This document shows, piece by piece, positions 20,946 through 30,189 of a stretch of DNA of 64,000 bases. Location of the stretch: contig JAGXAQ010000001.1 in NCBI GenBank assembly GCA_018971485.1, positions 323,371 through 387,370 of the forward strand. Reading direction: 5' to 3'. Numbering within the stretch: the first letter of the stretch is position 1; every line of letters starts with the position of its first letter. The DNA is from Pseudomonadota bacterium (lineage in GTDB: Bacteria > Pseudomonadota > Gammaproteobacteria > Burkholderiales > REEB80). Position numbers and translations under genes: made by a program. The notes beneath the pieces are model-generated. The model searched no databases, was not told the origin of the DNA, and saw only the letters and a program-made list of their open reading frames with translations.

Positions 20946-22001
20946 CTATACCAATCTTGAAGCTACAGAAGCCTGGCTTAACGGGAGGAGAATGGTAAAA
21001 ATAGTTTTACCCGGTTGGCTTTCTACGTCAATATTGCCCTGATGGGCATGAATCCCGCTTTGGGCGATGGTTAGACCAAGTCCGCTTCCCCCTTCGCGAT
21101 GAGAAACGAGTGGATAGAAAATATCATTGATGATATCGGGTGAAATGCCAGGGCCGGTATCCATTATATCGATCTGGATTGCGAGCAGGACCTGTCTTCC
21201 GGCAATCGCTACACGCCGGGCAATATGTGTTCTGAACGTGATGCTTCCTTCCCCTTGCATGGCCTGGGCGGCATTCCTGCTGATATTTAATATGGCCTGA
21301 ATCAGCTGTTCCGCATCTGCTTGAATCTCAGGCAGGCTGGTATCATAATCTCGCTTGATCTTGACTGCGGTAAATTCAGCCAGAATGAGACTTCTTGTTC
21401 GCTCCATTACCTGATGGATGTTGGTTGGTGCAAATCTGGGCGGACGACTTGGCCCCAGAAGCCGATCCATGAGGGAACGTAAACGATCCGCTTCTTCAAT
21501 GATGACACGCGTGTAGTCCCTTAATTCGGTTGAGTCAAGCTCGGTCATGAGTAGTTGTGCAGCGCCACGTAGCCCACCTAGAGGATTCTTGATTTCGTGG
21601 GCCAGATTTCGAAGCAGTTCACGGTTGGTTTGTTGCTGGGCACGCATGTTAGCTTCACGATTGATTCTAAGCTGCATGTCAATTGGCTGAAACTCCAGAA
21701 GTGTTGATGATCCAAGAGGTGTGAACGTGATATTGACATAAAGTGTTCCGGCACTGATTGTATCGGCTTGAAGTTCATGTTCAATATGGCTGGCATTGCG
21801 GAGTTTCGCAATCTCTACCGCATCTTCAAGGATGCCTGCATTGGTAAAGATTTCGCTTAATTGCCGTTTTACGATATGGCTTTTACTGATCCTTAGAAGG
21901 TTTTCAGCTGCTGAGTTGGCATGGGAGATAAGCCAGTCATCGTTGATGATCACAATGGCTGTAGCAAGGTGATCAAGAATTTGATGAGCGGTAGGGTTCA
22001 C
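20946..22001 (-). CDS. ntrB: nitrogen regulation sensor histidine kinase NtrB
   Basis: N-terminal PAS domain, H-box 'LAHEIKNPLGG', N-box 'NAAQA', 'DTGPGI' and 'GGSGLGL'. The GTG start overlaps the upstream stop (GTGA). Confidence 0.92.
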   Translation of the reverse strand: MNPTAHQILDHLATAIVIINDDWLISHANSAAENLLRISKSHIVKRQLSEIFTNAGILEDAVEIAKLRNASHIEHELQADTISAGTLYVNITFTPLGSSTLLEFQPIDMQLRINREANMRAQQQTNRELLRNLAHEIKNPLGGLRGAAQLLMTELDSTELRDYTRVIIEEADRLRSLMDRLLGPSRPPRFAPTNIHQVMERTRSLILAEFTAVKIKRDYDTSLPEIQADAEQLIQAILNISRNAAQAMQGEGSITFRTHIARRVAIAGRQVLLAIQIDIMDTGPGISPDIINDIFYPLVSHREGGSGLGLTIAQSGIHAHQGNIDVESQPGKTIFTILLPLSQASVASRLV

Positions 22002-22486
22002 TGTGCCAGATAGCCTGTGTTTCTGAGTTTATAAAGCTCTTGCTCAATAGCGTGAACGTTTTGTTCATCAATTTTTACTGCATTTTTATAGGGTTTGACC
22101 CGATCCAGATATTTCTGGTAATTGTGTTCCGATCCCAGCCTTATGGATGCGGCTGCCTTATAGGCTTTTTTGGCTTGGGCTAGAGCATCCTTTTGACGGG
22201 CGAGTTCTTTTTGAAGGATCTTTCTACGAGTAGCATCCATTTTTTGTTGGGCTGATGGATTGATCCGGGGAAAGTTTGCTTCTGTGGTGGAATGTGCCGC
22301 ATTAGTCTGGTGTGTCTTGGACTGGGGGTGGGGGGATTCGACGAGGATCCTTACAGCACCCGGGCTAGGCATGTTGGAAAAAGTTACATGGCCGCTCGCA
22401 TCCACTGAGCGGTAAATATCAGCCCTGGCCATGTGGGCTGTCAGGGCAAGGATTGATACGAAAAGGAAAACAAACCGTTTGGGCAT
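21998..22486 (-). CDS. DUF4124-domain periplasmic protein
   Basis: A signal peptide is followed by 'DIYRSVDASGHVTFSNMP', the DUF4124 signature, and then a Lys/Gln-rich helical tail. It is co-oriented with and overlaps ntrB. Confidence 0.7.
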   Translation of the reverse strand: MPKRFVFLFVSILALTAHMARADIYRSVDASGHVTFSNMPSPGAVRILVESPHPQSKTHQTNAAHSTTEANFPRINPSAQQKMDATRRKILQKELARQKDALAQAKKAYKAAASIRLGSEHNYQKYLDRVKPYKNAVKIDEQNVHAIEQELYKLRNTGYLAQ

Positions 22487-22557
22487 GACATCATCAGAAC
22501 TTTGACTGGCTTAAGTTTAGTCTGCATGCTCCGAGTTGGCAAGATGGTCCCTTGGAT

Positions 22558-22599
22558 CAAAAACCCCCTGCCGATAAAACTAGAATGCAGGGGGTTTTT
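22558..22599 (-). terminator. rho-independent terminator after glnA (symmetrical A-run/T-run, potentially bidirectional)
   Basis: AAAAACCCCCTGC...GCAGGGGGTTTTT, 16 nt downstream of the glnA stop. On the minus strand the hairpin is followed by TTTTTGA. Confidence 0.8.
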
Positions 22600-22614
22600 G
22601 TTACCCGTACCAGG

Positions 22615-24024
22615 TTAAAGGCTGTAATACATGTCAAATTCGACCGGATGAGTCGTCATGCGGAAACGGTTAAGTTCTTCTGTTTTGAGTTCGATGTAGG
22701 CATCAAGCATCTCATCACTGAAGACTCCCCCCTTCGTTAGGAAGGCACGATCCTTATTCAATGCATCCAGGGCCTCGTCCAAGCCTGCGCATACACGGGG
22801 GATATTGCGGGATTCCTCCGGGGGCAGATCATAGAGGTTCTTGTCAGCAGCATCGCCAGGGTGGATTTTATTCTGGATTCCATCCAGTCCGGCCATCATC
22901 AATGCAGTGAATGCCAGATAAGGATTGGCTGATGGATCTGGAAAGCGAACTTCAATTCGCCGGGCCTTGGGATTGCTGACATAGGGGATGCGAATGGATG
23001 CCGAGCGGTTACGGGCTGAGTAAGCGAGCATAACCGGGGCCTCAAAGCCAGGAACCAGTCTTTTGTAGGAATTTGTACCCGGGTTGGTTATGGCATTGAG
23101 TGCCTTGGCATGCTTGATGATGCCACCGATGTAGTACAATGCAAGATCAGACAGTCCAGCATAGCCGTTACCATCGAAAAGATTTTTTCCGTCTTTCCAG
23201 ATGGACTGGTGAACGTGCATGCCTGATCCATTATCACCAACAATGGGTTTTGGCATGAATGTGGCTGTTTTTCCATAGGAATGGGCAACATTCTGGACAA
23301 CATATTTCAGCACCTGGGTCTTGTCGGCACGTCTAACGAGTGTATCGAATTTGGTTCCGATTTCCATCTGGCCACCGGTTGCGACTTCATGGTGATGAAC
23401 CTCGACCTCAACTCCAAGTTCTTCAAGCGCAAGACACATGGCCGAACGCAGATCCTGAAAGGAATCGACAGGGGGTACAGGGAAGTAGCCACCTTTTACA
23501 CTAGGCCGGTGCCCCATGTTGCCGCCGTCATATTCATGGGCAGAACTCCAGCTTGCCTCTTCTGATTCAATCTTTACGCTGGAACCGGACATGTCTGCAT
23601 GCCAAGTAACCGAGTCAAAGACGAAGAATTCAGGTTCTGGCCCAAAAAAAGCTTTGTCACCAATTCCGGTTGATTTCAGGTAGGCTTCCGCCCGTTTGGC
23701 AATGGAACGGGGATCCCGATCATAACCTTTACCATCAGACGGTTCGATGACGTCACAGATGAGCGTAACGGTTGTTTCTTCAAAAAACGGATCAATGGAG
23801 GCTGTCTCCGGATCAGCCATGAGCAGCATGTCGGAAGCCTGGATGCCTTTCCAGCCGGCAATGGACGAGCCATCAAATGCGTGGCCTGACTCAAACCATT
23901 CTTCATCGACAATCCGGGCCGGGATTGAAACATGCTGTTGTTTTCCCCGTGTATCAGTAAAGCGTAAATCTACAAATTTTGCGTCATTGTCCTTGATTAG
24001 TTTAACTACATCGGCTGCCGCCAT
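22615..24024 (-). CDS. glnA: glutamine synthetase type I
   Basis: 469 aa with 'FDGSSIAGW', 'GSGMHVHQS', '[12 protein letters not shown]' and 'NLYDLPPEE', the Tyr adenylylation site context. Confidence 0.97.
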   Translation of the reverse strand: MAAADVVKLIKDNDAKFVDLRFTDTRGKQQHVSIPARIVDEEWFESGHAFDGSSIAGWKGIQASDMLLMADPETASIDPFFEETTVTLICDVIEPSDGKGYDRDPRSIAKRAEAYLKSTGIGDKAFFGPEPEFFVFDSVTWHADMSGSSVKIESEEASWSSAHEYDGGNMGHRPSVKGGYFPVPPVDSFQDLRSAMCLALEELGVEVEVHHHEVATGGQMEIGTKFDTLVRRADKTQVLKYVVQNVAHSYGKTATFMPKPIVGDNGSGMHVHQSIWKDGKNLFDGNGYAGLSDLALYYIGGIIKHAKALNAITNPGTNSYKRLVPGFEAPVMLAYSARNRSASIRIPYVSNPKARRIEVRFPDPSANPYLAFTALMMAGLDGIQNKIHPGDAADKNLYDLPPEESRNIPRVCAGLDEALDALNKDRAFLTKGGVFSDEMLDAYIELKTEELNRFRMTTHPVEFDMYYSL

Positions 24025-24065
24025 TTTGATCTCCTGAGATTAATAGGTAAGACATGAATTGAGAG

Positions 24066-24081
24066 AGCAGGAAACATGCCA
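24066..24081 (-). promoter_or_regulatory. sigma-54 (-24/-12) promoter of glnA
   Basis: The minus strand reads 'TGGCATGTTTCCTGCT' with correct GG-N10-GC spacing, about 45 nt upstream of the glnA ATG. Confidence 0.65.
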
Positions 24082-24143
24082 GGTTATATTTATAAAGTAG
24101 AACATTGTGCCATACTCAACTGATTCTCTTCCAGAAAAAATTG

Positions 24144-24160
24144 TGCACGATGACAGTGCA
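24144..24160. promoter_or_regulatory. NtrC-type palindrome (glnA UAS site 1)
   Basis: 'TGCACGATGACAGTGCA' is a 17-bp element with inverted TGCAC/GTGCA arms. Confidence 0.55.
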
Positions 24161-24173
24161 TCCAGAAAATATA

Positions 24174-24190
24174 TGCACCATTATAATGCA
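24174..24190. promoter_or_regulatory. NtrC-type palindrome (glnA UAS site 2)
   Basis: 'TGCACCATTATAATGCA' has a left half identical to the consensus TGCACCA-N3. It overlaps the last codons of the CDF transporter gene. Confidence 0.55.
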
Positions 24191-25314
24191 ACTTTTGTTC
24201 TTAGAGAGACGATGCCAATCTCAGGGCGCTGCATCAGAACCTGACGAATGGTCTGAGCTTGTTGAGAGGCCTGCTCTGAATCAAGGTTGATCACCGCTTC
24301 AATCTGACCTTTGAGGTAATGTAGCATGATATCTTTGGAGGTGAGATTTAGCCCGGTATTTTCATTAATGAACTGAATTAGTTCTTCACGTAACGGGAGT
24401 TGTGTGGTGGTTGGATTCAACTTGTCATCTTCTGGATCAATATGGACCAGAACATCCAGAGCATTGTGGTTTGCCAGTACACGATGACGTGCCAGCTCTG
24501 CGATAAAATGTCCTTCCGATACGCTAATTCGGGGTGCAACAAGAACATGTGCATCAATCAGGGCCTGATTGGCCATTCTTCTGGTTCGCAGTTCGTGAAC
24601 ATCCCGCACCCCAGGTGTATTCATTAGGGTCTGTCGAATGGCGGCAACTGATTCCTCGTCCAAAGCTGTATCGACAAGTTCGCTTAAAGCCTGATATCCC
24701 AGCGACCAGCCCATTCTGATAATCAGGAATGCCACAATGATGGCTGCTACAGGATCAAAGAACCGGTACCCCTCAAGATTGCCAATAAGGCCCAGAGTTA
24801 CAACCAAGCTTGAAGCCGCATCGCTTCTGGCATGCCAGGCATTGGCCATAAGCAGTTGCGAACGTACGGATCGGGCAATACGGACCATGTAGTGATACAA
24901 GGTTTCTTTACAGAAGATAGCCAGAATAGCAATGGCTAATGTGATTGGTAAAACCTTGGGTAATTTTGAGCTGTTCTGGAGATAGAAAATGGCCCGCCAT
25001 AATAACCCTGACCCTACAAGGATCAGCATCAGGGAAAGCAGCACGGTTGCTGCAGTCTCAATGCGGCCATGGCCATAGGGGTGTCCTTTGTCGGCAGACC
25101 GGTTGCCATGTCGGTTAGCAAAAAGAACGACGAAATCTGATAGTAGATCTGAGATGGAATGCAGGCCATCTGCAATCAGTCCCTGAGAGTGCCCGAGAAA
25201 GCCGAAAGAAATTTGTGCCAGGCTTAGGAAAATGTTGGTGATAATGCTGGTGCGGGTGCTTTTCTGGCCGGCAGCAAATCGGGCTTCATTGGCAATATGG
25301 AAATCATTCATCAA
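24181..25314 (-). CDS. cation diffusion facilitator (CDF) family metal efflux transporter
   Basis: 377 aa. It has six TM helices with 'HSISDLLSD' and 'HARSDAASS' metal-site motifs, plus a C-terminal cytoplasmic domain. Confidence 0.85.
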   Translation of the reverse strand: MMNDFHIANEARFAAGQKSTRTSIITNIFLSLAQISFGFLGHSQGLIADGLHSISDLLSDFVVLFANRHGNRSADKGHPYGHGRIETAATVLLSLMLILVGSGLLWRAIFYLQNSSKLPKVLPITLAIAILAIFCKETLYHYMVRIARSVRSQLLMANAWHARSDAASSLVVTLGLIGNLEGYRFFDPVAAIIVAFLIIRMGWSLGYQALSELVDTALDEESVAAIRQTLMNTPGVRDVHELRTRRMANQALIDAHVLVAPRISVSEGHFIAELARHRVLANHNALDVLVHIDPEDDKLNPTTTQLPLREELIQFINENTGLNLTSKDIMLHYLKGQIEAVINLDSEQASQQAQTIRQVLMQRPEIGIVSLRTKVAL

Positions 25315-25344
25315 TTTAATGAAACTTTAAGAAAATGTTATAGT

Positions 25345-26235
25345 ATGGCATTTTTTCCTCTACGAACCAAAAAAAGAGGCATCTTGAGCGAACAGTATGC
25401 TGTAATTGGGTATCCGATCAGCCATAGCCTTTCACCACGAATTCACTCGGCGTTCGGCAGGGCGTGCGGCATTGAGTTGACTTACCGGCCAATCCTGTCT
25501 CTTCCTGATAAGTTTTCTTCACAGGTTGAAATGTTTCGCGCTTCGGGGGGGCGGGGTCTTAATGTAACCATCCCTTTTAAGGTTGAAGCGTTTCATTTTG
25601 CAACTGCCCTGACCCTTCGTGCGCAAGAGGCAAAGGCGGTTAATACGTTGACGTTAAGTGGCATACAGAGTGTAGGAGATAATACTGATGGAGTTGGATT
25701 TATCAGGGATCTGGAGCTTAATGCCCGGTTTTCCGTAGAGGGCAAGAGGGTTCTTATTCTGGGTGCAGGGGGAGCCGCACGGGGAATTCTTGGGCCTTTG
25801 GCTGATGCAAGGCCATCAGGAATCTGGCTGTCTAACAGGACCCCTGAACGGGCTATTGATCTTGCAGGCTCACGTTCAGGGGTTTATGTTCTACCTTTTG
25901 ACAGCCTGGCCGGGCATGAGTTCGATTTGGTGATCAATGCCAGCTCAAGTAGTCTAGAAGGAAGTGACATTGCAATTCCAAAGGGGCTTTTTGCAACTGG
26001 CTCACTTGCCTGCGATCTTATGTATGCCCGGTCTGCATCAGCCTGGATGATTGCCGCCCATCATGCAGGTGCAGCCCAGATCAGGGATGGATTGGGTATG
26101 TTGATTGAACAGGCGGCTGAATCTTTTTTTGTTTGGCATCAAATTCGACCGCAAACGGCGCCCCTTCTGGTTCAGTTTGCAAAAGAGCTGCCCTGTCGAG
26201 ATGAAAATGGGGGATGGATTCCTGAAGAAGGCTAA
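25345..26235 (+). CDS. aroE: shikimate dehydrogenase
   Basis: 'YAVIGYPISHSLSPRIHS', 'NVTIPFK', 'NTDGVGF' and 'ILGAGGAARG'. The start is uncertain: ATG 25345, or TTG 25384 preceded by AAGAGG. Confidence 0.9.
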   Translation: MAFFPLRTKKRGILSEQYAVIGYPISHSLSPRIHSAFGRACGIELTYRPILSLPDKFSSQVEMFRASGGRGLNVTIPFKVEAFHFATALTLRAQEAKAVNTLTLSGIQSVGDNTDGVGFIRDLELNARFSVEGKRVLILGAGGAARGILGPLADARPSGIWLSNRTPERAIDLAGSRSGVYVLPFDSLAGHEFDLVINASSSSLEGSDIAIPKGLFATGSLACDLMYARSASAWMIAAHHAGAAQIRDGLGMLIEQAAESFFVWHQIRPQTAPLLVQFAKELPCRDENGGWIPEEG

Positions 26236-26920
26236 AAAACCTTGGTTAAGAATTATTCTGATCTGGATTTTGACGATATTTTTTGCCTACCAGATCTGGA
26301 TTTTGGCCCATGTTATTTGGTGGGTAAATCATAACCCCCGTATGAGTGCTTTTATGAAAGAAGGTCTTGATGCGCTTCAGCTGCATCATCCCCATGCCAG
26401 AATTTACCAGCAGTGGGTCCCTTATAGTGCTTTATCAATCAATCTTAAACGGGCAGTTATTGCCTCTGAAGATGAAACTTTTGCCAGGAATGACGGGTTC
26501 GATTTTCGCGCAATAGAGGCGGCGTATCATGAAGATATCAGGCGTGGCAGAATTGTGGCTGGTGGTTCAACTATTACACAGCAGCTGGCAAAAAACCTCC
26601 TTCTTTCAAAAAGCCGAACGCCTTGGCGCAAGTTCCAGGAGGGGATCATCACGATTGAACTTAACACCCTGATGACTAAAAAGCGTATTTTAGACCTTTA
26701 TCTTAACGTTATCCAATGGGGTAATGGGATTTATGGGGCAGAGGCTGCAACGCGTCATTACTTTGGTGTTCATGCCTCAGTACTGAGCCCCTATCAAGCG
26801 GCGCGACTTGCGGCCATGATCCCGGATCCTGGATTTTATGATCTTCACCGCAATGACCCCTGGCTTGCCTGGAAAACAAATCTTATCCTGTCTCGAATGG
26901 ATGCGATGAGAGTACCCTGA
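26201..26920 (+). CDS. mtgA: monofunctional biosynthetic peptidoglycan transglycosylase
   Basis: An N-terminal TM helix is followed by GT51 motifs 'VIASEDETFARNDGFD', 'GGSTITQQLAKN' and 'KKRILDLYLNVIQWGNGIYG'. It overlaps the aroE 3' end. Confidence 0.9.
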   Translation: MKMGDGFLKKAKKPWLRIILIWILTIFFAYQIWILAHVIWWVNHNPRMSAFMKEGLDALQLHHPHARIYQQWVPYSALSINLKRAVIASEDETFARNDGFDFRAIEAAYHEDIRRGRIVAGGSTITQQLAKNLLLSKSRTPWRKFQEGIITIELNTLMTKKRILDLYLNVIQWGNGIYGAEAATRHYFGVHASVLSPYQAARLAAMIPDPGFYDLHRNDPWLAWKTNLILSRMDAMRVP

Positions 26921-26952
26921 AGGTGGTTGGTTGTGCCCAGGTTATTTTCATG

Positions 26953-28194
26953 TTAGGGCGCTAGGGATTCACCTTGTATTAGCTCATTGAACGTTTCACG
27001 CTTCCTGATAAGAAAACAGGTATCGTTGTCGACCATTATTTCTGCGGGTCGAAGCCGGCTGTTATAGTTAGAGCTCATGCTCATGCCGTAGGCCCCTGAT
27101 GAGAGAATGGCGAGTAGATCACCTGTTTCCACAGAAAGCAGGCGGTTTTTTCCAAGAAAGTCTCCAGATTCACATACAGGCCCCACCACATCATAGTGCC
27201 GGGGCATGATAGAGCGCTCGCGAACCGGTTCAATAGTGTGCCAGGCATCGTAGAGGGCAGGGCGTATTAAATCATTCATGGCCGCATCGATGATCGCAAA
27301 ACGGCGATCTTCTCCTTGTTTGAGATATTCGATACGGGTTAGAAGGATTCCTGAGTTTCCTACCAATGCCCGGCCTGGCTCAATGAGAATCTGGTGCTTA
27401 TATTTGCCTAGATGGGCCATCAAAGCTGATACATAATCTGTCGGAGAAATGGGAGCTTCTTCTTTATAGCGAATGCCTACACCCCCCCCAAAATCAATAT
27501 GATCCAGTTGAATTCCCATACGTCCCAGATTGTCCACAAGTTCCATGATTCGTGAGGCAGCTTCAGCAAAAGGAAGCGGGTCCGTTAGCTGTGAACCAAT
27601 ATGGCAGTCAATTCCAACCGTTCGCAATGCGGGTCTGTTCGATGCCTGTTGATAGAGCTGAAGCGCTTCTTGCCAGGGAACGCCAAACTTGTTTGATTTC
27701 AAGCCTGTTGAAATATGAGGGTGGGTTTTTGCATCTACATCCGGATTGACCCGAATCGAGATAGGAGCCTGTTTTTTCATGGATTGTGCTATGGCATCAA
27801 TCCGGAGAAGTTCTTCACTGGATTCGACATTGAAGCAAAGAATGTCATGATTGAGCGCCAGGCGAATTTCATCTTCTGATTTTCCGACCCCTGAAAATAC
27901 GGTTTTCCCGGCTTGTCCTCCTGCAGCGAGGACGCGCTGTAATTCACCGCCGGAAACAATGTCAAATCCTGAACCGAGGCGGGCAAACTGGTTGAGAATG
28001 GCAAGGTTGGGGTTAGCTTTGACAGCATAACAGACAAGGTGGGGGTGGTCATGAAATGCACTGTTGAATAGATTGTACTGTTCAATGAGTGTGGCCCTGG
28101 AATAAACGTAGGTGGGAGTGCCATATTCCTGAGCTATGGAGGACAGCGCAACAGATTCGCAGTAAAGTTCTCCGTTTTGACGGTTAAAGCCCAT
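26953..28194 (-). CDS. lysA: diaminopimelate decarboxylase
   Basis: 413 aa with 'YAVKANPNLAIL' (PLP Lys), 'GGGVGI', 'CESGD' and 'GAYGMSMSSNYN'. Confidence 0.95.
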   Translation of the reverse strand: MGFNRQNGELYCESVALSSIAQEYGTPTYVYSRATLIEQYNLFNSAFHDHPHLVCYAVKANPNLAILNQFARLGSGFDIVSGGELQRVLAAGGQAGKTVFSGVGKSEDEIRLALNHDILCFNVESSEELLRIDAIAQSMKKQAPISIRVNPDVDAKTHPHISTGLKSNKFGVPWQEALQLYQQASNRPALRTVGIDCHIGSQLTDPLPFAEAASRIMELVDNLGRMGIQLDHIDFGGGVGIRYKEEAPISPTDYVSALMAHLGKYKHQILIEPGRALVGNSGILLTRIEYLKQGEDRRFAIIDAAMNDLIRPALYDAWHTIEPVRERSIMPRHYDVVGPVCESGDFLGKNRLLSVETGDLLAILSSGAYGMSMSSNYNSRLRPAEIMVDNDTCFLIRKRETFNELIQGESLAP

Positions 28195-28319
28195 TATGAT
28201 TGATTGTCCTGTTGGGTTGGAGCGGGTTTAGGCTGAGAGCCGGGAAGGTATAGAGGGCCCTTTATGCCACAACCTTGTAGCAAGAGGACCAGGGTCAGGA
28301 TAAAATAACACCAGCGCAT
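28194..28319 (-). CDS. lptM: small lipoprotein LptM (YifL family)
   Basis: 41 aa, 'MRWCYFILTLVLLLQGCGIKGPLYLP...'. It has a lipobox LQGC and the conserved GxKGPLYLP. Its stop overlaps the lysA ATG (TAATG). The 126-aa ORF in the track is an upstream over-extension. Confidence 0.75.
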   Translation of the reverse strand: MRWCYFILTLVLLLQGCGIKGPLYLPGSQPKPAPTQQDNQS

Positions 28320-28370
28320 GATTGGCCTGATCAAAAATCGAAGTTTAGCATAATCAGAGGTGGTTGAAGC

Positions 28371-28694
28371 ATGACTGAAACTGAATTTGAAAATGTGGTG
28401 GATACCATGCTGGAAAAAATAGCTGAGTCTATTGACAGCATGGAGATGGATATTGATTGCGAGCTTGCTTCGGGGATCCTGACGCTTACCTATGAAGATG
28501 ACAGTAAAATGGTGATCAACCGGCAAACCCCAATGCGCGAAATATGGGTAGCGGCCCGTTCCGGGGGGTTTCATTATCGCCTTGATGATGGCCTATGGAA
28601 AGAAACGCGTTCTTCTTATACCTTAAGCCAGAGACTAAACGAACTGGTTGGCCAGCAACTGCGGCGGGCAGTCAGCCTTGATCTGGGCGCCTGA
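28371..28694 (+). CDS. cyaY: iron-sulfur cluster assembly protein CyaY (frataxin homolog)
   Basis: 107 aa with '[35 protein letters not shown]', collinear with CyaY. Confidence 0.9.
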   Translation: MTETEFENVVDTMLEKIAESIDSMEMDIDCELASGILTLTYEDDSKMVINRQTPMREIWVAARSGGFHYRLDDGLWKETRSSYTLSQRLNELVGQQLRRAVSLDLGA

Positions 28695-30081
28695 TCAGAC
28701 GCTCCCTGGCTGTCAGGATTGCTTGTTTAACAGTGGCGGGTGCTGTTCCTCCCTTTAAGGTTCTGGTTTGGATAGAGCCTTGAGGTGTCAGGATGTCATA
28801 GACGCCGGGTTCAATCTCCTGATGGAACGATTTCAGGAGATTGATATCAAGTTGTGAGAGATCGCAGTTTCGTTTTTCTGCTTCTCGTACTGCCCGGGCA
28901 ACTGCTTCATGTGCATCTCTGAAAGGAACCCCTTTCATGACCAGGTAATCTGCAAGATCTGTTGCTGTTGCAAACCCCTGATTGAGCGCTTCAAGCATGC
29001 GCTCAGGCCGTGCCTGAATATTCTGGATCAAATCACAATAGAGTCTTAAGGTTGTAGTCAGTGTGTCGACAGTGTCAAACAAGGGCTCCTTGTCTTCTTG
29101 ATTGTCTTTGTTATAGGCCAGAGGTTGGCCTTTCATCAAGGTAAGCAGGCAAAAAAGGTTACCGTAAATCCGGCCGGACTTGCCCCTGACCAGTTCAGGA
29201 ACATCCGGATTTTTTTTCTGGGGCATGATACTGGAACCTGTACAGAATCGATCAGGCAGATCAACAAAACCGAACTGGGGATTCATCCAGAGGATAATCT
29301 CCTCTGAAAGCCGGGACAGATGCATCATGATAAGGGCTGCTGCTGCAGTAAATTCAATGGCAAAGTCACGATCGGATACAGCATCCAGAGAGTTTTCGCA
29401 CAACCCTGAAAATCCCAGATCCTTTGCGACCTTGTCCCGGTTAATTGGATAGCCGCTTCCTGCCAAGGCTGCTGCCCCTAGTGGGAGTCGGTTTATGCGC
29501 TTACGGCCATCGGTAAGGCGATTCCAGTCTCTATCAAACATTTCGAAATAGGCCATAAGGTGATGGGCGAAACTAACAGGCTGAGCTACCTGTAGATGCG
29601 TAAATCCGGGCATCAGGGTATGAATATGCTCTTCTGCCTTGTCCAGTAGCGCGTTTTGTAAGCCTGCCAGTAAGCCCAGGATGTCATCTGTTGCCTGTCT
29701 GAGGTATAGACGGATATCGGTTGCAACCTGATCATTGCGGGATCGGCCTGTATGCAGGCGTTTCCCGGCGTCGCCAACAAGTTCTGTAAGCCTTTTCTCA
29801 ATATTGAGGTGAACATCCTCGAGGTCAATGTTCCACTTAAATCGTCCCTCATTGATTTCCTCAGAAATATTCTGTAGGCCTTGTTCTATGTCATTGAGGT
29901 CCTTCAAGGAGATGATCCCTTGCTGCGCCAGCATGCGTGCGTGGGCCAGGGAACCTTCAATATCAAATTGAGCCAGTCGATAGTCGAAGCTAACCGATGC
30001 AGTATAGGTTTTAACCAAATCGTCAACCGGTTCAGAAAACCGGCCTGACCAGGTGTTGGATTCGGAAGGCGTCTTGCTCAT
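28672..30081 (-). CDS. argH: argininosuccinate lyase
   Basis: 'WSGRFSEP', '[12 protein letters not shown]' and the '[12 protein letters not shown]' signature. The start is set at internal ATG (30079-30081); the ORF opens at GTG 30138. Confidence 0.95.
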   Translation of the reverse strand: MSKTPSESNTWSGRFSEPVDDLVKTYTASVSFDYRLAQFDIEGSLAHARMLAQQGIISLKDLNDIEQGLQNISEEINEGRFKWNIDLEDVHLNIEKRLTELVGDAGKRLHTGRSRNDQVATDIRLYLRQATDDILGLLAGLQNALLDKAEEHIHTLMPGFTHLQVAQPVSFAHHLMAYFEMFDRDWNRLTDGRKRINRLPLGAAALAGSGYPINRDKVAKDLGFSGLCENSLDAVSDRDFAIEFTAAAALIMMHLSRLSEEIILWMNPQFGFVDLPDRFCTGSSIMPQKKNPDVPELVRGKSGRIYGNLFCLLTLMKGQPLAYNKDNQEDKEPLFDTVDTLTTTLRLYCDLIQNIQARPERMLEALNQGFATATDLADYLVMKGVPFRDAHEAVARAVREAEKRNCDLSQLDINLLKSFHQEIEPGVYDILTPQGSIQTRTLKGGTAPATVKQAILTARERLIRRPDQG

Positions 30082-30189
30082 GATCTCTCCATGCAGGTTG
30101 CCTCTGTTGGCAGACGACAGGATTATATCATGTTGCACAGGTGCAGCCGAATGTGACAGTGGCAGCGTGGTTTGGAGATTAGAGGTGAA

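Noticed and set aside
28320-28574. Upstream 85 codons of the 126-aa ORF preceding lysA
   Set aside because: Only the last 41 codons form a coherent lipoprotein (LptM/YifL signature). The upstream part overlaps the cyaY 5' region on the opposite strand and has no protein-like features.
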